A DNA stretch of 64,000 nucleotides from an uncultured Bacteroidota bacterium (GTDB lineage Bacteria; Bacteroidota; Rhodothermia; Rhodothermales; DATKEJ01). The notes under the pieces were generated by a model. The model did not search any database. It had not been told where the DNA came from and worked only from the letters and a program-made list of their open reading frames with translations. Positions 18,979 through 27,767 of the stretch are shown one piece after another; position 1 is the stretch's first letter, and each line of letters starts with the position of its first letter. Made by a program: the position numbers and the translations under genes. The stretch is from assembly GCA_963768715.1 (NCBI GenBank), contig CAVYJC010000010.1, positions 151,458 through 215,457 of the forward strand. Direction: 5' to 3'.

Positions 18979-20247
18979 ATGAAGCGACACAAGGGACTGA
19001 TGATCGTATTGGACGGTCTTGGCGATCGTCCTACCAAAACCCTGAACGGCCTGACACCGCTCGAGGCGGCAAACATCCCGACACTCGACCGCCTGGCGGC
19101 TGAAGGACAGACCGGCTTTGTCTCTCCTCTCGAACCATGGGTACCGGTCGGCACCCAGACGGGGATGGGTATGCTGATGGGCCTGGCAAAGGCCGACGCG
19201 CGTCTCCTCACGCGAGGGCCTGTCGAAGCGGCCGGCTGTGGAATCCCACTCAAGGCCGGAGACGTCGCGCTGCGCTGCAACCTGGCGACCATTTCTTCGA
19301 ACGGATCGGGGTTCGACCTGCTCGACAGGAGGGCCGGTCGCATCACCGAGGGCGTGGATGAACTCTTGCTTCCAATCGACGGACTCTCTCTGGGCAACGG
19401 AATCTCTGTCAGAGCCCGACCGTCGACGCATCACCGGGCGGTCGTGTCTCTGGTTGGAGAAGACCTCTCAGGTGCTGTCACCGACACCGATCCCGGTGCC
19501 GGTCTCGAGGATCAGGGCGTCCTCGTCTCCCACCCTCGCGACGACAGCGAGGCCGCGGCGCGAACTGCGGTGGCGATTAACGCGCTCATCCGTCTGGCCC
19601 ACGAAGCCATGGCCGCTCATCCAGTAAACAAGGAACGCCAGTCGCGCGGAGAGCATCCCGCTAACGGATTGATCACGCGGGGGGCGGGCATGGTGTTTTC
19701 AACGCGGAACCTGATCGCGCACCTCGGCCTCAAGGCGGCAGTAATTACGGGCGAAGGCACAGTCATTGGCTTGGGGAGTCTTTTCGGCTTCGACGTGATC
19801 GTTCGCGATTCGTTCGACGCTTTGCCATCGACGGATATCGAGGGGAAACTCGCCGCGGCTTCGGAAGCCCTCGCCACCCATGATCTTGCAATCGTTCACG
19901 TCAAGGCAACCGACGTGCTCGCGCACGACGGCGATTCGGTCGGAAAAGCGAGGTTTCTGGAACGATTCGATGCGGCACTCTCGAAGCTGGCCCTCGACGA
20001 ACTTGCCGTCGCCGTTACGGGAGATCATACGACCGACTCCAACTCCGGACGTCATACGGGCGACCCTGTGCCGGCGCTGATCAGAGCTCCAGAAGGTCGC
20101 TTGGACGGCGTGACTGTGTTCTCAGAGAGCAGCTGCCTCGCGGGCGGACTCGGGTATTTGTCCGCCACGTCATTCCTTTGCTGCCTGCTGGACTTAATGA
20201 ATCGGATGCATCTCCACCGGGCGTACGAGCACTATTTCTACGAGTAG
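18979..20247 (+). CDS. apgM: cofactor-independent phosphoglycerate mutase, archaeal type (ApgM family)
   Basis: 422 aa. 'LMIVLDGLGDRP...LTPLEAANIPTLDRLA', 'HVKATDVLAHDG' and 'VTGDHTTDS' match the alkaline-phosphatase-superfamily ApgM pattern. Confidence 0.8.
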   Translation: MKRHKGLMIVLDGLGDRPTKTLNGLTPLEAANIPTLDRLAAEGQTGFVSPLEPWVPVGTQTGMGMLMGLAKADARLLTRGPVEAAGCGIPLKAGDVALRCNLATISSNGSGFDLLDRRAGRITEGVDELLLPIDGLSLGNGISVRARPSTHHRAVVSLVGEDLSGAVTDTDPGAGLEDQGVLVSHPRDDSEAAARTAVAINALIRLAHEAMAAHPVNKERQSRGEHPANGLITRGAGMVFSTRNLIAHLGLKAAVITGEGTVIGLGSLFGFDVIVRDSFDALPSTDIEGKLAAASEALATHDLAIVHVKATDVLAHDGDSVGKARFLERFDAALSKLALDELAVAVTGDHTTDSNSGRHTGDPVPALIRAPEGRLDGVTVFSESSCLAGGLGYLSATSFLCCLLDLMNRMHLHRAYEHYFYE

Positions 20248-20286
20248 GGGCGCCCAGAGATTGCGGCACAGTCACGCTGCGCTGGT

Positions 20287-21552
20287 TCAACCGAAGATGC
20301 CGCGCAGAACGAAGAAGAATAGGGCGGCCAGACCTGCGCCGATCGGGAGTGTGACCAGCCATGAAATGATGATTCGGCCGATGACGCGAAGATCCAGGGC
20401 GGCAAAGCCGCGCGCGAGACCAACGCCCATCACCGCACCAACGAGAATGTGTGTCGTAGAAACGGGGATTCCCGTCCGCGAAGCGACCACGACCGTCGCA
20501 GCAGCGGCAAGCTCCGCGCAGAATCCACGTGTCGGTGTCAGCTCGGTAATCTTCTCGCCGATGGTTCGCATGACGCGATAGCCCATCGTCGCGAGACCGC
20601 TGACAATGCCCGCGCCGCCCAGAAGCAGAATCCATAACGGCAGTTCCGAGCTCTGCGCCACCTCACCTCCGGACTTCACGATGCTCGCGACGGCAGCCAG
20701 CGGACCGATCCCGTTCGCGACGTCATTCGATCCATGGGCAAACGCCATCGCGCAGGCAGTGAATATCTGCATGGGCGCAAAGACGCGTTCGACGCTCGCA
20801 AAGTGATAGGTCTTCTCCCCGGCGGGATCCGGCTGCTTTCGACGAATGACGCTCCAACCGATGACACCTGCGATGAGACCCACAACGGCCGCCCAGAAGA
20901 GACTCATTCCGAACGAAAGCGTAATATCGAGATGCGTCAGGCCCTTGAAGAGTGTCACGAGGGCGATCAGAAACCCGACAAGCGTCACATAGGCGGGGCC
21001 CCATTTCTTTGCATTCTCAAATGGATGCTCGGTGTCCAGAATCAAACGCCGGACAGATACCATGAGAAGCAGTGCAATGAGTCCACCGAGTATCGGCGAA
21101 ACGACCCAACTCGCGACGATTTCAGTCACCGTGCCCCACTGCACGCCGTCGACGCCAATTCCGACGACGGCAAAGCCGACGATGGCGCCCACAATCGAGT
21201 GTGTGGTCGACACGGGCCATCCGCGTGCCGAAGCAATCATCAGCCAGACTCCTGCTGCGAGAAGCGACGCCAGCATCCCGTAAATGATGAGCTCCGGGTG
21301 ACCGATGAGAGGTGCGGGATCGACCACGCCTTTTCGGATCGTGGATGTGACGTGTCCGCCGGCAAGGACTACGCCGGCAAATTCGAATATGGCGGCAACC
21401 AGAATGGCCTTCCGCACGGTGAGCGCGCCCGAGCCCACGGAAGTCCCCATCGCGTTCGCCACATCGTTCGCCCCAACGCCCCAGGTCATGTAGAACCCGA
21501 AAGCGGCCGCCAGCCCAACAAACCAGGTACCGTAAGTCGCGACGATTTCCAT
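20287..21552 (-). CDS. pit: inorganic phosphate transporter, PiT family
   Basis: 421 aa, polytopic, with the duplicated 'GANDVANAMGTSVGS' / 'GSNDVANGIGP' signature. Confidence 0.9.
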   Translation of the reverse strand: MEIVATYGTWFVGLAAAFGFYMTWGVGANDVANAMGTSVGSGALTVRKAILVAAIFEFAGVVLAGGHVTSTIRKGVVDPAPLIGHPELIIYGMLASLLAAGVWLMIASARGWPVSTTHSIVGAIVGFAVVGIGVDGVQWGTVTEIVASWVVSPILGGLIALLLMVSVRRLILDTEHPFENAKKWGPAYVTLVGFLIALVTLFKGLTHLDITLSFGMSLFWAAVVGLIAGVIGWSVIRRKQPDPAGEKTYHFASVERVFAPMQIFTACAMAFAHGSNDVANGIGPLAAVASIVKSGGEVAQSSELPLWILLLGGAGIVSGLATMGYRVMRTIGEKITELTPTRGFCAELAAAATVVVASRTGIPVSTTHILVGAVMGVGLARGFAALDLRVIGRIIISWLVTLPIGAGLAALFFFVLRGIFG

Positions 21553-21576
21553 TAAGCGGCGATTTGAAGCATGATG

Positions 21577-22257
21577 CTACCGGGCTATCAGTAGTCGCAG
21601 ACGATTCCCGACCTTTTCGGCGTAATCGGCAAGATCACCGATCCATTCGATCAGCTGGTACCAGAACATGACGGAAACGGGCGAGAGCGAGTCCTCTCGA
21701 TCGAAAAGCGCTCTTCCCAGCGCAACGCCCAGTTTGTCCGTCTCCTCTTCCGATGCGTTGAGTGCCGACACCATCTCTTCCACCTGAGCCGCTTCCCGAC
21801 CTCCGAAGCCCATCGCGAGCAGCTCGTCGAGCTCCGCGATAATGTCGGCCGACTGGTGGCAGACGGCGACGCATCGGTCGACCATTTTCGTGAGATCCTC
21901 CTCCATCCCGTCCGGGATTGTCATTCGCCGCTCTACGAGGAGCCCGGCAATGTCCTGCGCCACGTCCGCAATCGAGTCCTGCATGTCGAGTACCTCGAGA
22001 AGATCTCGACGATCGACGGGAAGAAACAGGCTGCGGGGAAGGTGCCGCCGAAGATCGTTCTTGATTCGGTCGGCTTCCTCCTCGGCGGCATAGATCGCCT
22101 CCTTTGCCTCTGCGACGGCAGCAACATCTCCGTCGGCGAGTGCCTTGAAAAGACCGGGGACGATGTCGACGGTGGCTATTGCCGCCGTCATGTGCTCTTG
22201 CAGCGACGTGAAGGGGTTATTCCCGAAAAGACTCGCAAACGGATTGGTCGGCGGCAC
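21577..22257 (-). CDS. DUF47 / TIGR00153-family Pit accessory protein (PhoU-related)
   Basis: 226 aa, all-helical, with a 'EEEADRIK.DLRRHL' pattern. It lies directly upstream of pit, as is typical for this family. Confidence 0.8.
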   Translation of the reverse strand: MPPTNPFASLFGNNPFTSLQEHMTAAIATVDIVPGLFKALADGDVAAVAEAKEAIYAAEEEADRIKNDLRRHLPRSLFLPVDRRDLLEVLDMQDSIADVAQDIAGLLVERRMTIPDGMEEDLTKMVDRCVAVCHQSADIIAELDELLAMGFGGREAAQVEEMVSALNASEEETDKLGVALGRALFDREDSLSPVSVMFWYQLIEWIGDLADYAEKVGNRLRLLIAR

Positions 22258-22328
22258 GAGGTATCGTATTTGGTGATTCTTCGGAATCTACGAACCGTCC
22301 ACCTTGCGTGAAATGCAGCCCGACAATC

Positions 22329-23156
22329 TCAGCCGTACCGCCCTTCGATGTAATCGGCGGTCTCCTTACGCTCCGGGCGGAGAAAGAGCTCCTCCGTCTT
22401 TGCATGTTCGACCATCTTTCCCATCAGCATGAATGCACATTCATCGCTCGCCCGGCGAGCCTGCGCCATATTGTGTGTGACGAGCAGGATGGTGTACTGC
22501 CCACGAAGACGCCAGATGAGATCCTCTACGGCCTCCGTCGCCTCAGGATCGAGTGCGGAGCAAGGTTCGTCCATCAGAATTACCGCCGGCTTGACGGGGA
22601 CGAGCCGGGCGATGCAGAGTTTCTGCTGCTCTTCGAGCGACAATTCCGTAGCCCTTTGATCGAGACGATCTTTCACGCGATCCCAGAGGAGGACCTCCCG
22701 AAGCGCCTCTTCAACGATCCGTTCTCCTTCGGCGGCAGGAATACGCCCCTTGCGGGCCTCGTGGAGCGAGTATCCGAAAAGGACATTCTGTCGGATGGAT
22801 ATCGGCAGTGGATTCGGTCGCTGGAATACCATGCCGATCTGCTTGCGTAGCTGCGCGAGGTCCACTAACGGGTCGAATATGTCGTTTCCGAGTACCTCGA
22901 TACGACCCTCCGTACGTACATAGCCCAGGCGCTCGTTGATCCGGTTTACCGATCTGAGCAGGGTGGACTTGCCACATCCCGACGGGCCGATCAGCGACGT
23001 GACCAGGCCGCGCTTTACCTGGAAATTGATGTCGAACAGCGCCTGGAAGGTGCCGTACCAGAGATTCAGGCTGTGCGTCTGTATGGCCAGATCCGACGGA
23101 TGCTCCAGGGATGGAGATGTCGCTCGGGAAGGTTCTTGGCTCGCCGTATCGCTCAT
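22329..23156 (-). CDS. pstB: phosphate ABC transporter ATP-binding protein PstB, with a degenerate signature motif
   Basis: It has Walker A 'GPSGCGKST', Q-loop 'VFQRPNP', Walker B 'ILMDEPCSALD', H-loop 'VTHNM' and the C-terminal 'DYIEGRYG'. The ABC signature reads 'LSLEEQQKL' instead of LSGGQQQRL. Confidence 0.9.
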   Translation of the reverse strand: MSDTASQEPSRATSPSLEHPSDLAIQTHSLNLWYGTFQALFDINFQVKRGLVTSLIGPSGCGKSTLLRSVNRINERLGYVRTEGRIEVLGNDIFDPLVDLAQLRKQIGMVFQRPNPLPISIRQNVLFGYSLHEARKGRIPAAEGERIVEEALREVLLWDRVKDRLDQRATELSLEEQQKLCIARLVPVKPAVILMDEPCSALDPEATEAVEDLIWRLRGQYTILLVTHNMAQARRASDECAFMLMGKMVEHAKTEELFLRPERKETADYIEGRYG

Positions 23157-23165
23157 GGTATTCGC

Positions 23166-23954
23166 TCAGCCAAATCGGCCGAGAATGTAGTCGTGCGTTC
23201 TCTGGTCTTTGACGTTCCCCTCGAAGAGATCCTCTGTCTTACCGATCTCCACGCAGCGACCGCTCAGGAAAAAGGCGGTTCGCTCGGCCAGCCGTCGCGC
23301 CTGCTGTACCAGGTTGGTCACCAGGACGATTGTAATCTCTTTCCGCAACTCCTTGAGGACATCCTCGATTCGCATCGTCGTTACAGGATCGACGGCGATC
23401 GAAAATTCGTCGAGCACGAGCAACCTTGGCTCCTGTGACAAAGCCCTGGCAATCGTGAGTCGCTGTTGCTGGCCGCCCGACAGGAGGCTGCCAAGCGAGT
23501 TCAGTCGGTCCTTCACCTCGTCCCACAACGCGGCCCGGCTCAGACACCGTTCGACAATTTCATCGAGACGCCTCTTGTCCTTGATCCCCGACAGGCGAGG
23601 AGCGAGCGCCACGTTGTCGTAGACGCTCAGGGGAAGTCCGACCGGGAGTGGAAAGACCACGCCGATTTGGCTTCTCAGCGCATATACATTCCGCCACTCG
23701 GTCACGTCGCGGCCGAGAAAGCGGATTGTGCCCGACACTTTCATGTCGGTATTGAACAAGTCCATCCGACTCAACGCCCGTAGAAAGGACGTTTTGCCGC
23801 TATTGGCCGGACCGATAATGCCGAAAATCTCGTGTTCGTTCACCTGGAGGTTCACGTCGTTGAGCGCTTCGGTCGGTCCGTAGTGGACCGACAGATTCCG
23901 GACGTCCAGAACCGGTTTATACTCTTGTTGGGACCCGTCGAGTGCTTCCGTCAT
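23166..23954 (-). CDS. second PstB-like ATP-binding protein, with degenerate Q-loop and H-loop
   Basis: Walker A is 'GPANSGKTS' and the signature 'LSGGQQQRL' is intact. The Q-loop is 'VVFPLP' (Q->P) and the H-loop is 'LVTNLV' (H->N). The start was set at the ATG at 23954, 5 nt past the pstA stop. Confidence 0.85.
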   Translation of the reverse strand: MTEALDGSQQEYKPVLDVRNLSVHYGPTEALNDVNLQVNEHEIFGIIGPANSGKTSFLRALSRMDLFNTDMKVSGTIRFLGRDVTEWRNVYALRSQIGVVFPLPVGLPLSVYDNVALAPRLSGIKDKRRLDEIVERCLSRAALWDEVKDRLNSLGSLLSGGQQQRLTIARALSQEPRLLVLDEFSIAVDPVTTMRIEDVLKELRKEITIVLVTNLVQQARRLAERTAFFLSGRCVEIGKTEDLFEGNVKDQRTHDYILGRFG

Positions 23955-23958
23955 CACG

Positions 23959-24834
23959 TTACCACTTCTTCCTGCCTCTGAGGTACACCCGAAATCCGAT
24001 CGATAGCGCATTCATGACCAGTACGATCATGATCAGCAGGAGTGCTACGCCGTACGGGAGGGCGTCGGGCACATTCGGAACCTGCGTCGAAACGACGAAC
24101 AGGTGCAACGAAAGAGCCATCGTCTGATCGAATACCGACTCGGGAAGGAACGGGAGAAAGAATGCAGCCCCGGTGAACATGATGGGTGCTGTCTCCCCCG
24201 CCGTTCGGGAGACCTCCAGAATGATACCTGTAAGGATGCCTGAAATGGCGTTCGGAAGGACGATTCGCCGAATGGTCTGCCAGCGCGTGGCGCCCATGCT
24301 CCAGCATGCCTCGCGAAAGGCCATCGGGACAGCCTGAAGTGATTCGCGCGTCGAGACGATCACTACGGGCAAAGTCATGATCGCGAGCGTCAAGCTGGCT
24401 GCGAGAATGCTGGTGCCGATCCCGAAGAACAGGACGAACGCGCCGACGCCGAAAAGGGCGTATACGATGGATGGAACGCCGGCCAGGTTGATAATCGCCA
24501 GATTGATCATCCGCGTCAACATATTGTCGGGCGCGTACTCACTGAGATAGACGGCGGCGGCGACTCCGAGGGGTACCGAAAAGAGCAACGCCGTGGCTAC
24601 CAGGAGGATCGTTCCCAGCAGAGCCGGGAAGATGCCGCCTGCGGTCATCCCCTGCGTCGGAAACGTGAACAGGAATTCTGTCGAAATCATCGGGCCGCCC
24701 CTGATGACGAGGAGGCTGAGGATGATGAGTACCGGAAGGATCAGCAGCACCGTCATCACCCCGAAAAGCAGACGGAACTGCTGCTGAATACGGCGGTCGC
24801 GGTCGTTTCTTTTGGTGGCGGCAAACAAGCTCAT
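23959..24834 (-). CDS. pstA: phosphate ABC transporter permease PstA
   Basis: Polytopic permease with the 'REACWSMGATRWQTI' EAA-loop region. The ATG at 24834 overlaps the pstC stop (ATGA). The longer track ORF is an Arg-rich extension. Confidence 0.9.
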   Translation of the reverse strand: MSLFAATKRNDRDRRIQQQFRLLFGVMTVLLILPVLIILSLLVIRGGPMISTEFLFTFPTQGMTAGGIFPALLGTILLVATALLFSVPLGVAAAVYLSEYAPDNMLTRMINLAIINLAGVPSIVYALFGVGAFVLFFGIGTSILAASLTLAIMTLPVVIVSTRESLQAVPMAFREACWSMGATRWQTIRRIVLPNAISGILTGIILEVSRTAGETAPIMFTGAAFFLPFLPESVFDQTMALSLHLFVVSTQVPNVPDALPYGVALLLIMIVLVMNALSIGFRVYLRGRKKW

Positions 24835-25763
24835 CGGTGCCTCCGGTTGCCTCTCCTGACAACGATGTCCGCCGTCAGGTTGATCACGAAAGTCACGAGA
24901 AAGAGGAGGATACCGAGTGTGAACAGCGCCCCGTAATGTGGCGAACCGACGGCTGTCTCCCCTAATTCCGCGGCGATCGTCGCCGTGAGAGCGCGAACGG
25001 AATCGAATATGCTGGTTGGCATCTGGATCGCGTGGCCACTTGCCATGAGTACGGCCATCGTCTCGCCGAAGCCGCGACCGATCCCAAGGAGAACGGCCGA
25101 GACCAATCCGTTTCGGCCTGCCGGAATGACGACCTTTCGAATTACTTGCCACTTCGTCGCACCCATCGCTTCGGCTGCCTGACGAAAGTCGTCAGGGACA
25201 GCCTTGAGCGCATCCTCCGCAATCGTGGTCATTATCGGCGCTGCCATCAGGCCGAGGATAATCCCCGCGTTGAGCACGTTGAGTCCGATCGGCACGTCGA
25301 ACAGCTTGATGATCAGCGAATTCATGACGCTCAGACCGATAAATCCCCAGACAACCGAAGGGATCGCCGCGAGCAGTTCCACCAGTACTTTGAGTGTCTC
25401 TCGCGTTTTGCCCGATGCGAATTCACCGATGTAGATCGCCGCACCGAGGGAAAATGGTATCGCTACCACCATGGCCATGCCGGTCACGCTGGCAGTTCCT
25501 GCAATGAGCGCGAGCGCACCGTAGGTTGGATGGCGTTCCGAAGTAGGCACCCATCGCGGCGACGTGAAGAACTCTGCGAACTTGAAATCGCCCGTGATGA
25601 AAGAGAGGCCTTCCTTCGTGATGAATACAAAGATGCCGATGATGAAGATCACGGCGGACACGCCCCCGATAAAGAAGGCGATCTGGGCGAACTTGTCGAT
25701 GTACCAGCTCGCTCCTCTGGCGTCCAAGCCACCCTCGTAAGATCCGTCTCTACTTGAAGCCAC
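24831..25763 (-). CDS. pstC: phosphate ABC transporter permease PstC
   Basis: 310 aa, polytopic, with the 'FRQAAEAMGATKWQVI' EAA loop. Confidence 0.9.
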   Translation of the reverse strand: MASSRDGSYEGGLDARGASWYIDKFAQIAFFIGGVSAVIFIIGIFVFITKEGLSFITGDFKFAEFFTSPRWVPTSERHPTYGALALIAGTASVTGMAMVVAIPFSLGAAIYIGEFASGKTRETLKVLVELLAAIPSVVWGFIGLSVMNSLIIKLFDVPIGLNVLNAGIILGLMAAPIMTTIAEDALKAVPDDFRQAAEAMGATKWQVIRKVVIPAGRNGLVSAVLLGIGRGFGETMAVLMASGHAIQMPTSIFDSVRALTATIAAELGETAVGSPHYGALFTLGILLFLVTFVINLTADIVVRRGNRRHR

Positions 25764-25766
25764 GGT

Positions 25767-26849
25767 CTAAGAGAAGTCCTCCCCACGCAATGTTGTCATG
25801 AGCGAAGCGATATAGCCCGAAAGGATGCGGTAGAGGTCCTCCAGAGACTGCTCGTCATCAGGCGACGCCTTGGGCAGGTCCCACCATGTGACGATCACTG
25901 TGTTGAACGGCGCGGGATCGATCACTGCGGCGCTGTCGGGTTCGAGACAGACGATAACCTTGTAGTCGGACCAGGATTCCAGGTCTTTCGCTGCTGTCGG
26001 GCGCAGGTCGGAGGTTTCGTGGCCCAGCCTTTCCAGGAGATCCTTGCAAGCCTTGCTGATCGTCTGCGCCGGTTCGATTCCCGCCGTGGAATAGACGCCG
26101 TGATCGGGATAAGCCTTCTTCGCAATTGCGAGCGCGGTGGGTCCGAGGAGGTCGTTTGATCGATCCAGAAACAGGACGGGCACAGGCTTGCGCTTTTTCG
26201 TCTCTCCGTCGACGACGAAAATGGCGTACTCGCAGACGTTCTTCGCCTGATCGCTGACCCGCTCGAGCATGCTGAGGATAACGAGCGTTCCGAGCAGGTC
26301 GTCCAACGGCCGCTCTGATTCTGCCCCGGTTCTGACGAGCTGCCCGAACGCGACATCGAAGGATTCATCGATTTGTGCCTCGAGAATCATCGTTCCCCGG
26401 GCCAGATCCGCATTTTCCTCGACAAACGCTTTCACCGACTGCTCGAACATCTCGATCGATTCGTGACCTATCAGGCGAATTTCCGACGCCAGCGGATCGA
26501 TGATGGGGGCCTTCAGGCGCGTCGCCTCACGACAAATCGTCGCGGCATAGTCTCCGACGCGTTCGAGTACGACATTGGCTCTAAGGACCGACGAGATCAA
26601 GCGAAGATGACCAGCGGCGGGTAGATGCCTTGCTACGAAGTGGTGGCAGGCTCGATCGCATGCCTCCACCGCGCGATTTATTGGATTGTCTTCGAGGATC
26701 GTCCGATATGCGAGCCGGCTGTCGTGGTGCTCAAGCGCCCGTAGCGACTGCTTGAGGGCAGTCGCTACGAGAACGCCGATTTTCTGGACGCGATCCTTGA
26801 TGTCTTTGAGGTCCTGCTCGAGGCGAACCTCATAGTGATGCTCAGTCAT
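25767..26849 (-). CDS. PhoU-domain protein fused to a catalytically degenerate LMW-PTP/ArsC-like domain
   Basis: The N-terminal ~220 aa carry two PhoU repeats ('LERVGDYAATI', 'LERVSDQAKNV'). The C-terminal ~135 aa are colinear with the LMW phosphatase/ArsC fold ('VLFLDRSNDLLGP', 'VYSTAGIE', 'VIVCLEPD', 'WWDLP') but lack the CX5R Cys and Arg. Confidence 0.75.
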   Translation of the reverse strand: MTEHHYEVRLEQDLKDIKDRVQKIGVLVATALKQSLRALEHHDSRLAYRTILEDNPINRAVEACDRACHHFVARHLPAAGHLRLISSVLRANVVLERVGDYAATICREATRLKAPIIDPLASEIRLIGHESIEMFEQSVKAFVEENADLARGTMILEAQIDESFDVAFGQLVRTGAESERPLDDLLGTLVILSMLERVSDQAKNVCEYAIFVVDGETKKRKPVPVLFLDRSNDLLGPTALAIAKKAYPDHGVYSTAGIEPAQTISKACKDLLERLGHETSDLRPTAAKDLESWSDYKVIVCLEPDSAAVIDPAPFNTVIVTWWDLPKASPDDEQSLEDLYRILSGYIASLMTTLRGEDFS

Positions 26850-26874
26850 CAGGGCACGTTTTGGAGGAGGTCAT

Positions 26875-27756
26875 TTAGGGACAGGTCACAGGGTGCGCCG
26901 GCGCATATCCCTTGTTGAGGATGATGCACTGGCCGGTGTCGCTCAGGATCCAGTCCAGGTACTCTTTGACCGCGCCTTCGGGTTGGTGTGCCGTGTACAT
27001 GAACAGTGGGCGCGCAATCGGATAGCTCCGGTCGACGGCCGTCTCGATCGAGGGCGCAACCGGCTCTTCCCCTGCCGCCGTCTCAACCGGAACGAGTTTG
27101 ACTTCGTCGGTAGCGTAGGCCAATCCGGAGTAGCCGATGGCGCACGGCGTATTCTGAACGAGGTCTACGACGTCCTTTGAGCCCTGCATATCGCGCGAAC
27201 CCAGTTTGTAGTCACCTTCTCCGAGAATCGTCTCGCGGAAATAGGCATAGGTGCCGGAGTTGTTCTGACGGCTGACGCGGATGATTTCCTGATCTTTACA
27301 TCCCGGTACCTCAAATCCCAGATCGGTCCATTTCGTGATTGTGCCATTCTCCCCGTAGATCCCGGCAAGCTGATCGAATGTGAACGACTCGACCGGGTTG
27401 TTCTTGTTGACGTAAACGGCGAGGGCGTCGTAGCCGACGACGAACTCGACCGGCTGCTGGCCATTGGCACGTGCCTGGTCGATTTCCGAGTCTTTCATAG
27501 AGCGACTCGCGTTGGCGATATCTACAGTCCCGTTGATAAGGGCCGCGATTCCGGTTCCCGAGCCCCCGCCGGTGACGGCCACCGCGACGTTGGGATCGAC
27601 GTTGCGATAGGCCTCCGCCCACGCCTGGGCTACGTTCACAAGCGTATCGGAACCCTTGTTTTGGATGACGCTGCGCTGGGAGCCGCCGCCACCGCCGCAT
27701 CCGGCGACGATCAGGAAGGCTGCCGCGAACCGCGCGGTATACTTAAGGTGTTTCAT
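26875..27756 (-). CDS. pstS: phosphate ABC transporter substrate-binding lipoprotein PstS
   Basis: It has the lipobox 'IVAGCGG', plus 'GSDTL', 'GGGSGTGIAALINGTVDIANASR' and 'YSGLAY'. Confidence 0.9.
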   Translation of the reverse strand: MKHLKYTARFAAAFLIVAGCGGGGGSQRSVIQNKGSDTLVNVAQAWAEAYRNVDPNVAVAVTGGGSGTGIAALINGTVDIANASRSMKDSEIDQARANGQQPVEFVVGYDALAVYVNKNNPVESFTFDQLAGIYGENGTITKWTDLGFEVPGCKDQEIIRVSRQNNSGTYAYFRETILGEGDYKLGSRDMQGSKDVVDLVQNTPCAIGYSGLAYATDEVKLVPVETAAGEEPVAPSIETAVDRSYPIARPLFMYTAHQPEGAVKEYLDWILSDTGQCIILNKGYAPAHPVTCP

Positions 27757-27767
27757 TGTGGAAGTAG

